A stretch of DNA of 64,000 nt, taken from Antedon mediterranea. Lineage: Eukaryota; Animalia; Echinodermata. This document shows, piece by piece, positions 52,881 through 64,000 of this stretch. Below the pieces are notes generated by a model. The model saw only the letters and a list, made by a program, of their open reading frames with translations. It did no database searches and was not told the DNA's origin. Numbering within the stretch: position 1 is the stretch's first letter; each line of letters opens with the position of its first letter. The stretch is from positions 10,464,795 through 10,528,794 of the forward strand of contig NC_092670.1 in the NCBI RefSeq assembly GCF_964355755.1, written 5' to 3'. A program made the position numbers and the translations under genes.

Positions 52881-53400
52881 AGGGACAATAAGTTTTGTAT
52901 TATTATTTTAACCGATTTTTGTTTGATTTACGCGAATCCGTGAATTTTTATACCAAATTCAATTTTAATTTCAATTTTTTTTAAGAGAGAGAAGAGAGAG
53001 AGTGAAAGTGATAAGGTTACACTTCAGAGTCAATGGTTTTGGCTAACTCAATTTTTGCTTATATGTATAATAATGTTTTTTTTCTTTTATATAACTTTAA
53101 TTTTGCATGCCACTATTATAACCATTTTTATATTTTAAATAGATTTTTAAAAAAAAAGGGAAACAGAAGGATGTAATGTAATGATATACATTTATAATTG
53201 AGAAATCAACCTTTGTATCAGAATTCAAATAAGTTCACAAACTTGGCCCAGAAAGTCAAGAGGAGAGTTTGTCCAGATGTTTTAAAAGTCCATTTAGCTC
53301 ATAATTAAATCCCAAAAGTAAACAGTTTATTTGACCTCTCTAACTGTTCCCATTAGATTTGACAGTTTTAAGCAAAGATTCGACAGGGCCAATTCATCAT

Positions 53401-53746
53401 TGTAACCCCCCAGATAAGATCAATCACTCCCACCTAAACACCCCTGGATCAACTTAGGACCAATCATTAGCTCCATAAATGATGTAATTGACATACTGTA
53501 TGCAAATGAACCGAAGCCAATATACCCCCAAGAGCCCAGACACACCTTACAGCCACTTCACGGAGCACACACCTCACAGCCACTTCCTCAGAAGCAGACC
53601 TACACACCTCACATCTCACCAACAGCATCACCTAATCCTCTGTTCCTTATCCTTATACTTATAGTTGTATATTATATTGTATCAAGTATTATTGAATAAA
53701 CAATATATGTGTTACTGCAGTCAAGCGAGTAAGAGTCTTCATTACA
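53401..53746 (+). mobile_element. Possible solo LTR
   Basis: TGTAA...TTACA ends and an AATAAA about 50 bp from the 3' end; no TSD seen. Confidence 0.4.
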
Positions 53747-54397
53747 AGTCAAAAACCTCATAACACTATATTACACTACGTGAACATTTTCATTAAACCA
53801 AAGTTTGTTGCACAATTACATATGTACATGCATCTGCTGTCCAAGTTACAACATTACTGCTATCGCCGTTTTTGAGATCTGCGACCAACAAAAAATGAGC
53901 AGAAAAAATGAAATTTTTGACAATAACAATAGGCTATCACTCTACAGAGAGCGATAGCGTAATAAATACAAATACTACTTACTAATGTCCACTTCCACAG
54001 GGACAGAAAAATAATTATTTTTGCTTTCAATTACAGTTTTTCATGTAAATTTATTTTTTTCTAAATGCGGTAAACAAACATTCTACAAAAGTTTGTCCAC
54101 TTATTTTTAAAAGGACATCCATGACTTAAATAGTCTTCTCGTGGAAGACAGCTAGCCAACACAAATGGAATCCATTGAAAGATACGATCTTGGTAGAGCA
54201 AATACAATAGCCGGTGTAATTGCACATTGAGCCACTTAAAAAAATAGAAAGAACCCGGTCAAAGATCCCTCAAACCACACCTGAATGAAAGTTGAAGAAA
54301 GATTCCTCATTGTATTTACTATACAGTAACCACTGCGCAGATAGTAATGTTACATACCGCAATGAATCATAATTTTTTTACTATGATGACATCTTTA

Positions 54398-54433
<36 letters not shown>

Positions 54434-54473
54434 CTTTAAAATGTTCATATATTAAAGATATATATATATATAT

Positions 54474-54791
54474 TCCAAAATTGTTTATATCTCTACCAAG
54501 CTACCTTCTTTGTTTTCCACTCTTATTCAGACTCCACCTTGGCTCCCTTTGTTATATTTCTTTTATTCATGTCCACCCAGGCAGCACTTGCCAGCTTTAT
54601 ACTATGACGTTATCCAAATTCCTTCACTTGCACTGATGAAGGGCTAGTGTTGCCCGAAAGCTCTGCTAACTTTTCTGGCTGTTTACTTTATCGTTTTGAT
54701 TTAGCTTTTCGCTTTTTATTTTTGTATCTCCATTGAGATCCAGCCACTGATACCCACAGCATTGTCATTTTTCTCAGTAATTTGCCTTTGG

Positions 54792-54792
<1 letters not shown>
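54474..54792 (+). mobile_element. Penelope-type pseudo-LTR / retrozyme-like repeat embedded in (TA)n
   Basis: Contains a minimal hammerhead; flanked by TA runs and a 27-bp inverted repeat; a second decayed copy lies at about 30625. Confidence 0.65.
54628..54668 (+). ncRNA. Minimal type I hammerhead ribozyme
   Basis: GCA-CTGATGA-A-GGGC(TAGTGTT)GCCC-GAAA-GC-TC-TGC: conserved core, 4-bp stem II, palindromic minimal stem III, stem I GCA/TGC. Confidence 0.72.
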
Positions 54793-54831
<39 letters not shown>

Positions 54832-55079
54832 TTAATATATGAACATTTTAAAGAAGGTTAATGTTAATTTTGTTATTTCGGTCTTGATTGTCGAAATTAA
54901 TGTTTTAAAATTTAATATGCAATTAATTAATGATTTAATCAACATTTTTTTTCTTAATTTCATAATAAATCACAAATATGATAAATACAGTTTATGAAAA
55001 TGCAAAATAGGAGTTCTCGAACATTCGGACGACCTATGTTAATTTTAAAATTTAGCATCTTTTCACCATTTTCTTAACT

Positions 55080-55342
55080 TACACTTGCGTAGCCTGTCAC
55101 TTTTGACGTGCTTGTATAACGTAGTTTTAAGTTGAAAATAAAATATGATGAAATTATTAAAGAAAGGTTGTAAAACAGAAATCGGGCAAAAAGAGTGCGT
55201 ATGAACGCTTAACGCGCAGTGCGCGTGCAAAAATCTGAGCACTCATAGCAATTCTTTAACCGCTTAAAATTGCCTGAAACTTATTGTAATTACATCAAAA
55301 ATAAATTTTAAGCACGCATACGCATGCGTTATATGCGCTACA
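55080..55342 (-). mobile_element. Diverged internal fragment of the HINE family
   Basis: GCGTAGCCTGTCACTTT...AACGCGCAGTGCGCG... shared with 36080-36330 and 37680-37925. Confidence 0.7.
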
Positions 55343-55548
55343 ATTGTCTCAATACACTTAATAACGTTCTAGAGCGTTTAGCTGGCTTTAACCATGTGGT
55401 TTTCTACCTCGAGCATAACCTTATTGGCTATATGGCAGTATTCAAGTAATTAAAATGTTGAATAGCATTTAATCCGATTTACATTTAGGTAAAACTTAGG
55501 GTTCCAAGCATCATACAATAAGAAGATCATTACGAATGTTATGAGGTA

Positions 55549-57088
55549 TCTATATATAAATTTACGTAAGGGAAAAATTCGGTAAATCGCGCCTTACTTC
55601 TAGAATGTTTACTCGATGGTATATAAAGTTGGTTCGTACTTTCGATACTGATTTTAACCACCTGATGTAACCCTGTTTACTAATTAAATGGAGTTCGATA
55701 ATTAGTTATTGACGATTAAAACGAATTTAGGTTCAACGATTTGCCCCAAATAGGGGTGTTTTCCGATCGTGGTATACACTGTCCAATGCATGTCTATCTT
55801 GAAAAATACCCGCATACAATAATACGAGGATGCTTCGCATTTTCCTATCTCCTCCTACGATAATTGTTTTTAATGGATGAAAACCGGTTGAACAGCTCGA
55901 GTACAGCATCATAATGTTGAAGACAGACCTATTTTCTTAAAAACATACTATTTTGATAGATTTAATATACATTTATACAAATGTATTGATTTCCGATGAA
56001 TGGAACATTCCAATAATAAATCTTTGCTTTAACACAAGTACCACCAGCTGTAGGTAAATGTATTGGCCCTTGGGGAATTAACCTAAAACCTATATATAGA
56101 TAAGTATTGCAATACTTGGACATTACTGTAAATACGTATTAACATTTGTGGTCGCCATTGAATTTACTGTGAGTGTGGGTACTGTTAGATGTATAACACA
56201 ATCATGTACAAATAAACGTATTACTGTGAGTGTAGGCCCTACTGTTAATATATAGAACGTACAATATACAAATAAACTGTAGTACTGACAGTTGCTTCTC
56301 AACGTTTGTATTAATTAATAATTACAAAGAATATAAACGTTGTAGTGGTACGTGTATCGTTACATGTACTATGCTATTTCAATCGACTATGACAGTGACA
56401 GTTTTAACAAAGTATTAAGTTGCAAATGTGTTACTGTATCAAGTGGTATATTATTTATAGGCCTGTGAGTAGGCCCTACTGTTATATAAAACGTACAATA
56501 TACAAATAAACTGTACTACTGACAGTTGCTTCTCAACGTTTGTATTAATTAATAATTACAAAGAATATAAACGTTGTAGTGGTACGTGTATCGTTACATG
56601 TACATGCTATTTCAATGGACTATAAGAGTGACAGTTTTAATAAAGTATTAAATCGCAAATGTGTTACTGTATCAAGTGGTATATTATTTATAGGCCTATC
56701 AAAGTGAAAAACATATTTCGTTACTGAGTAGATAAATAATATATTAAAACATTGTTCTTCTTTGTACCCATATCCTCTTCCCCATCCCTCAAAACTAATG
56801 TTACACACAAAACACAAATTGGGTTTGTTTAAATGAGTCCAAATAACAAATTTGGACTCATTTTGTGACAAGTTTCTCTTTCGGAAGTAATTCACAGTGT
56901 GCTAATTTCAGTTTAATACATAAATCATCGTGTCTATTTATTCGTTTCTGTAAACAATAATAACTATTATCGTCCTGCAGTACGTACATTAAAAAAAGCA
57001 TTTTTTTACGCTGAAATTACTGTGTACTCGAGAACCATCTGTGGGCACGACCTAGATGGTACGCGAGCTTAGCGAGCGTACCACCTAG
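55549..57088 (+). mobile_element. Full-length non-autonomous Helitron
   Basis: A|TC start; 3' hairpin GGTACGC...GCGTACC then CTAG|T; internal ~235-bp tandem duplication (about 56225-56700). Confidence 0.87.
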
Positions 57089-57729
57089 TTTTAAAAATTT
57101 ATATTATATAATATAAAAAAAATTTAATTTCAAATATTATCATTATTATTACTTACTGGTTTTAGTAGAGTTCTTTCAAGTTCTGTCTGAATGTTTGTCT
57201 TTTCTTTAATTTAAATGTACAATTACTGTATACAATGAAGTATAATGATCTCTATTGTTATTTAGGATGTGGAAAAAGATAATTATGTTATTATCTAAGT
57301 GCTATTAATTTTATGATGCCGTTCATTTGTGTTGATTATTATATTACTAAAAATATTACTCTAATTGAGCTCGGGTGAGGTCTCTATTCATATCATTACA
57401 TCTGCAGCTTTATCAGTATTATGAAAACCATTTTTGCCGGCATCCAGTTCTCTTACTAAATGTGGTACTTGGGCCGGTATTATTTCTTGCTCTCATTAAT
57501 GCCGGCCCGATTGAAGATTCAAATAATTTTTCGACCCACTCTTGGTGAAGTTGTTCCCAGAAACTCTTTACCTATTACGTAGTCCCTTCTGGAAAATTTG
57601 AATGAATGGTGTTTGCTTATTTAAAAATGGCAAAAGATATACCAAATCCTTTAAAAATTATAGACAAATTTCCTTCCTTTACTAAATTATGCATTCCCAA
57701 CTTTATGATTATTTGACAGCTAAGTTAAA

Positions 57730-58210
57730 TATTCTGAATTAATATCATCAATATGATTTGCAAAGGTCACTCAACTGCTCATGCTGTCTTCTTAATAATA
57801 CTTTTATTGAACATAGAGCAATATTAGCGTGAAAGCTCATATATATTGGTGTATATATCAAATAATTATTTGATTGAGAAATTTGTTTGATGTAATTAAC
57901 CATTCTATTTTAAATAAGAAAATGCGAAAATTATGGTATTAAAGGCACTCCTTTAAGCATTTGCTTCTTGAGTTAGTTGGATGGCAGAAACAATTTGTCT
58001 CTATCCAATCATTTAAATCATCGACCGAGGATATCACTTGTGGGTGTCTCCTCCCCCCAATTTTATTTTTACGTTAATGACCTGACTAATGTCAGTGAGA
58101 AGTTTAAGTGATATCCTTCTATCCCTACTATTTTATTCATCTTCTTGTTGACATTTTATTTAATACTTTTAATTATGAATTGTCTAAATGTAATGACTGG
58201 TTTCTTTAAA
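57730..58210 (+). pseudogene. Highly decayed CR1-type RT fragment
   Basis: Residual FDVINHSIL, YGIKG and VNDL-like motifs. Confidence 0.45.
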
Positions 58211-58960
58211 TTCTAAATTCTTATAAGATTTAGAATCTCATGATGCTCTTGATTGACTATTAGAAATTCCTATGAACTTACACCAATATCAAAGAGAAGC
58301 TTAGAAACTGAACGTTGATGAAGTCAATGATGATTTAAGCATTTCTGACAAACAGATTGCATCAGACCAAAATTGGTACCCACTTTTCATCATGCCTCTC
58401 CTCAAATGGTGGCAACTGTCAAGATCTTAGTTAGGCCAAATCCTTTTTATAATTTTTATCAACGACTAAAGGCCAACTCAAACAGCTGAATACCGACGAG
58501 ACTTGAGATAGCGTCAGGCGCAGTATTTAGGTCGTCGCGATAACTTTAAACTTGTTTTATTTCTCCCACGTGGCCAAGTTATCATAACTTTCGTTAGGAG
58601 AGTAAACAGCACATGTTGAAAGCCGTATCCGGATATTCACCCCCTGGACATTTACCCCCCGGACAACTACCCCCGGACAACCACCACCTGGACCACTACC
58701 CCCTTAGGACAACTACCCCTTTAGGACAACTACCCCCCGGACAAATACCCCCCAGACAACTACCCCCTTAGGACAACAACCCCCTTAGGACAACTACCCC
58801 CTGGACAACTACCCCCCGGACAATTACCCCCTAGGAACAATTATCCCCCGGACAATTACCACCCAGAAAACTATCCCTTTAGAACACCCTAACCACCCAG
58901 ACCATTCAACAACCTGACTCTGCAACAGTGTATAATAGGAATTAATAACTATATTTTAAT

Positions 58961-59723
58961 CGCCGTGGTTAGGATTCCGGCACCGGAACTCAACTGCCCA
59001 CCGTTAGGGAATCCGACACGCTATTGCGCATGCCCAGAGCTCTGGGAAGTGAATTATAGCTTGCACTATAGTGTGCCACACACCACGGAGAGTCGGAGTG
59101 TTATAGGGATTTACTGTAGCCTACAGTAGATAGTCGTTGCGCGAGCGAGAGAGCGATGGATGAAACTTGGCCTATGCCATACATGAATTAATAATTAAAA
59201 TACGACTACGCCACGCGTTAAAATAATTATAATTATATTAATAAGTATCAGTATCTATCTAAGAATCGTAATGCTGTTTTTAGCGTTGCGACCCTGACTT
59301 CCCGAACAGTTTTTTCACATTCACGCGGTGGCTGCCGTCAACAAATCAACTTGTGATTGCATGTTGTTATGTAGAGAGTAACTATAATGCGTTATGAAAA
59401 ATCATAAAACTAGTCATGTAATTATATAATTCATAATGATATGAAGTTTATATATGAATGAAGCAACCACTTTTTAATTAAAAAAATAAATACTATAGGC
59501 CCACTGGTCACGTCTAACTGGTAGCCCTAGCCTAGATTAGTGGATCCCATATTAGTAGGCATCTAGGCTAGGCTAGTTCGCCATGTGGCGCAGCTATGAA
59601 ATGATCCTTCGCTGTTGATAAGTATAGTCGCCCCGATTACCTCGCTCTGGGCATGCGCAATAGCGTGTCGGATTCCCTAACGCTGGGCAGTTGAGTTCCG
59701 GTGCCGGAATCCTAACCACGGCG
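58961..59723. mobile_element. Mutator-like MITE
   Basis: About 80-bp near-perfect TIR CGCCGTGGTTAGGATTCCGGCACCGG...; 9-bp TSD TATTTTAAT. Confidence 0.88.
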
Positions 59724-60309
59724 TATTTTAATTCGTTACTTTGACGAATTACTATTCATTATTGTAAACAAAAGTAAAAGATTGAACATAAATATAGCCT
59801 GGTATAAACTGAAGATTGTCACACTCACACATGATCATAGGATAGTCGAACGTATTATGTACTCCCTGTATTTACTGTAAAGACTGGGTTCGCTAATAAT
59901 AATAATAATTTTTGCGTCAGGACAATGCTTCGATAACCACTGGTCTTAAAAGAATTAATTTTTGTCTCAAATTTGTCATATATGTATTTTTGTACACTTG
60001 AAGAATAATATCACTTTTGATATTTGACCTCAATGTTCACTCACCGAATAAACGTCGATCTTTAAATAAATTCCCCTCAAATAAACGGTGACCATGTCAC
60101 TCCCATGAAACATCATATGGAATAATCGTCGTCTATTTCCATTAGATTATACCCCCTCCCATGCAATAAACAACTTTCTTCCAAAAATGTCCACCTAAAA
60201 ACCACCTAAACAATAAACAGACCAGGCCGTTTTTTCAATAAATACGGTACTTTAAATCTAGCACATCTAGGGTCTAGCGTGCTGTTAAACAGAATAATCG
60301 GTTAAAAAC

Positions 60310-60568
60310 GGGTGTTTCGAAACTAGAGACCCGAGACCAGAGACCAGAGACCAGAGACCCGAGACCCAATACGAAAAGGGAGACCTAAATATACGAAAAG
60401 GGAGACCCACGTACAAAAAGGGAGACCCCACTATACGAAAAGAGAGACCACACTATACGAAAAGGGAGACCCTAATATACGAAAAGGGAGACCCAAATAT
60501 AGGTCTCCCTTTTCGTATTGGGTCTCGTGTCAGGTCTATGGTCTCGGGTCTCTAGTTTCGAAACACCC
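60310..60568. mobile_element. Mutator-like MITE
   Basis: TIR GGGTGTTTCGAAACTAGAGACCCGAGACC; 9-bp TSD GTTAAAAAC; internal TACGAAAAGGGAGACC repeats. Confidence 0.88.
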
Positions 60569-61475
60569 GTTAAAAACAGATGATTTCATTTTTACAGAAA
60601 CCGGTCCTATATATTTGTCTACTTTTGGAAAGGGGGGGGGGGTAGTTGACCTGACCGGGGGGTAGTTGACCAGGGGGTAGTTACCCGGGGGGTAGTTATC
60701 CTAAGGGGGTAGTTGTCCTAAGGGGGTGGTTGTCCGGGGGGTAGTTGTCCGGGGGTTGTTATCCTAAGGGGGTAGTTGTCCTAAGGGGGTAGTTGTCCGG
60801 GGGGTAGTTGTCCGGGGGGTAGTTGTCCGGGGGGTAGTTGTCCGGGGGGTAGTTGTCCGGGGGGTAGTTGTCCGGGGGGTAGTTGTCCTAAGGGGGTAGT
60901 TGTCCGAGTGGTAAACATCCGGGGGGTAACTGTCTAGGGGGTAGGTGTCCTAGAACCATTGAAAGCAGTTATTTTTGTGTTTGAATTGTCGGGGAGTTGC
61001 ATAGGATTTTATTTCCTTCGTTATGTGATAATGAATCCAATAATGTGGAAAAGTTGATTTTGAAGGAATTAATTATTTTGTACGAATTTCTGATTTTTTT
61101 CTCGACGGAAAGGGGATTCCCCTCACATACTGCTTGTGACGTCACACACTACAATTCCTACCTCTTTATAATAGAGGGCGCTGTTGGCCTTAACTAAACC
61201 ACCTGTTTGTTAAACAGATGTTGCCATGACGTATGCTATTGGGTATGTATTTTAAGACAACAAACATCACAAATGAAAGAACAATAATAATATTACAAAC
61301 AACACATTAAGTTCTTAACTTAACTAATTCTTCTGGTAAAAACCTAAAGTTACTAAATCATTTAAAATGTTGTGTTAAGAAAAGAATCTCTTGCACTATT
61401 TGCTGTGTCAGTAGGTAAAGTAATTTCCAGTATAGATTATCTCTGAATATTTTATACAATTACTATTGTACATAG

Positions 61476-61752
61476 TTAAAGTTCTCCCTTTGGTGCTCTT
61501 TTAACCATCATCTGTGTAATCTTATGGCTGTATTTAGTTCCCTTGAAATGATGCCACAATATATACCTTTGTCATAATTGGCAGCTGCAATTGTACCTGG
61601 TGTAAGGTAAGGGCCATTCAGGGATAAGTGGTAACAATTTTTAAACCACCAACCAGCTTGGGAGTTTTTGGCACAGTTCTTACTAGACGTTCCATCATTG
61701 TCTCTGTCTTATGTTGAAAACGGTCTGTCCTTATGGTATGCCATAGAGTCAC
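61476..61752 (-). pseudogene. FReD-3 last exon, inactivated
   Basis: DSMAYHKDRPFST*DRDND (stop at 61709-61711)...GWWFKNC...LNGPYLTPGT, then a frameshift near 61560 before WHHFKG...MMVKRAP. Confidence 0.85.
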
Positions 61753-62694
61753 CTACCAAAAGAAAGATCAAGTTTGAGACATTTTTTAAGTTTAGGTTTT
61801 GTTTCGAACTTGGGTTTTTAGGTGTTGTTTCACACTCAGGTTTTTTAGACTCTGGTTTGAGTTTTTTTTCACACTCTGGTTGCAGCACACCCAGGTTTGA
61901 GTGAACGCTTAGTTTAAAGTAATATTTTAGTATTTTTATTTAATTATTTTGTTTTTATTTCCCTCAAAGCTTTTCCAATTCCTACCACTGAATACATCCC
62001 TGATAAAATTAATTTGTAATGCCTTCACCTGCATTTCCTGTGTACCCACTAATTCTGAGACCTTGCTTGTCTTGTTTGTTTCCATTTTGTGTTTAGTAGG
62101 ACCGGTCACACGTACACACGATACAATTAATATCATTTGCGTTCATTTCATAGTGGGCTTCGTAGCTTCAATATTTAGTTCGTTCCGCCATTCTAGTAAT
62201 GCATGCCATCAGATCTTGTGCAATGTGTTTAAAAGTGAGTTTTTTAGTTAGAACTGAACATTTAAAGTCGTTTTTGTACCTGATTTTTTATTTCCATTTT
62301 CTATAGGATAATAAATAAGCTCTTTCGCAATTTATATTTTTTTACATAACTACGATAAAGAACTTTCAAGGTCACTTCATTTTTAAAATTGAAAGAATGG
62401 ATTTGCAGGCAGTATTTTATTTACATTAGATTTACGGTGAAGATGAAAACATTTTTTCTTGTTCCTCATTAAGCATAATAAGTGAACTCTCTTGATTCAT
62501 ATACATAAAAATAAATTAATCACTTATTAAAAAGTTCCACGAACATTTTCCTGACATTTTAAAGAAATCTTGATTTTAAAAGTATAAAAGAATATATTTT
62601 CGCAGTTGCCATTTTGTATCACATGACATCAGTTAAACCAATCATACGCGACGTTTAGGCAGCAGACGTCAAAATCACACGATGTAAACACGAA

Positions 62695-64000
62695 ATGGCG
62701 TCCGACGAGGAAGGATCTTCTCGCTCAGACAAAGTAAAGTTGAAATGTTTTTTCCAAATTTACAAGCATTCAAATGAAATTATCAGTCCAATTACTGAGA
62801 TTCGATGGAATAAAGTGTTGCTCTGTTCAAAGAGTTGGATAAAATTAGATGGAGACGGCAAGGAAATCGCCATACATTTGACGGAGCTTCTTGGTATGTC
62901 TGATGAAGGTAAATCGTTTGACGATGTCGTACGCGAGCATCCAGGCTTAGGTTTTCATGCTACCTGTTACAGGCGATATACTGATACATCTCGACTAAAA
63001 AAGGTAATATTTGGTTTCGATTATTATCAGAATACTCTAAGAGTTAATAATATAGTTAAATGATACAGTATATAGGGTGCTACTGATCTATATATCTATA
63101 GATAGGCCTAGATCTATATTGTGCCCTTATTTTAGATAGAGTTTCTGTGCTTGGTTGTTGATTGGGCTTTCTACTACTGTAGTACCAGTACTACTACGTA
63201 GGCCTAGGCCCTAGGCCATATTATATTATACAGTATATATTATTCAGTAGGCTACACAATTAATTTTAGTTAAATACCAATATAGGCTCTATATTCTGGA
63301 AAGTGAGTAAAACGTAACTTTCTAAAACTCTTGTTGGTTTTTTGAATTTACATTTTTTATTTTTTTTTTTATTTGCTTCAGTCTAAATGTTGAATGTTTA
63401 AACACCAAAATCTATAAAATATTAAAATATATTTTAATAATATTTATTATTATTTACAGGGAATTGGAAAGTGTTTTTTTAACATATAAGCAAAGTTATA
63501 AGACAGGAGATACCAAGACTCGCAAAACGCCAAAAGCTTTTCATGAAATCAATTGAAAAAACAGAAAATGTTTACTTGTCAACTATAAGGTAGGCTGTCG
63601 ATCCCTTCTTAAAAACGATGAAATAATTGTAATATTTTTGAGATCCAGTTACTGTAATAATTTCTTCATTGTATCTGTGTTACAATTAATTATAATCAAT
63701 TAATCTGTTATTTATAGATCAGACGTGTTGAAGAAGAAGCTCAGGATGGATTATCCTAACCTAATTTTTCATTCACCCACAAGAAGGTTAGTTGCTTAGT
63801 GTGTTTATATTAAATGATTATTTCACCAGGGATAATTTAAAAAAAAATCTTTTTGTGGATTGGTCAAACTAAATATTTTGTTTATTTTTTCTTAATTAGA
63901 AATGAATCAGTTCTGGTGTACTTTAGCAATGTATCCTCTGGATTTGTGGCTGATCCATTTTTGTCATCAGGAAAAAGTACAACGGAGACAGATGAATCAT
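62695..64000 (+). mobile_element. Spliced transposase-like gene fragment (Academ-like, tentative), running off the window
   Basis: Exon 62695-63003 ends FHATCYRRYT..RLKK|GT; further AG/GT exons at about 63460-63589, 63718-63786 (DVLKKKLRMDYPNLIFHSP) and 63900 onward (NESVLVY). Motifs resemble Academ transposase N-termini from memory. Confidence 0.5.

Larger units (their letters stand above)
58624..60957. mobile_element. Mutator/foldback-like element with GGACAACTACCCC subterminal arrays; hosts two MITEs
   Basis: Inverted arrays at 58630-58885 and 60630-60955; flanks (G/A)TTGAAAGC duplicated. Confidence 0.8.

Noticed and set aside
61936-62251. Overlapping ORFs next to FReD-3 as possible upstream FReD exons
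   Set aside because: No FBG or PAN motifs and no compatible splice sites.

Overview
AT-rich, intron-rich animal (non-bacterial) genomic DNA, probably from a marine invertebrate; the taxon is inferred, not shown. Most ORFs in the supplied track are repeat artefacts. The real genes are spliced. (1) On the + strand are the last six coding exons of GTDC1/QTMAN (queuosine-tRNA mannosyltransferase), 534..33184; its 5' part lies upstream of the window. (2) On the - strand is a cluster of fibrinogen-related (FReD) genes. An apparently intact 5-exon signal peptide + PAN/apple + FBG gene (14744..26365) is nested inside the 26.4-kb GTDC1 intron. A second paralogue (35406..47332) has an in-frame deletion, no visible N-terminal exon and three tandem copies of a FReD C-terminus after its stop codon. 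A third is a pseudo-exon (61476..61752). The rest is a dense, often nested set of transposons, many with readable termini and target-site duplications (TSDs): Kolobok-like, EnSpm/CACTA-like, Academ-like foldbacks, PIF/Harbinger, Mutator-like, a Ginger-like element, Helitrons, Helentron/DINE-1-like elements, CR1/L2 and Tx1/L1 LINEs, and a Penelope-type repeat with a minimal hammerhead ribozyme. Superfamily names rest on termini, TSD rules and motifs recognised by eye; no database search was run. I cannot show a wholly new system. The best candidates are the antisense nested PAN-FReD birth-and-death cluster, the FReD C-terminal repeat array, the hammerhead element and the BEN-domain-carrying CACTA element.
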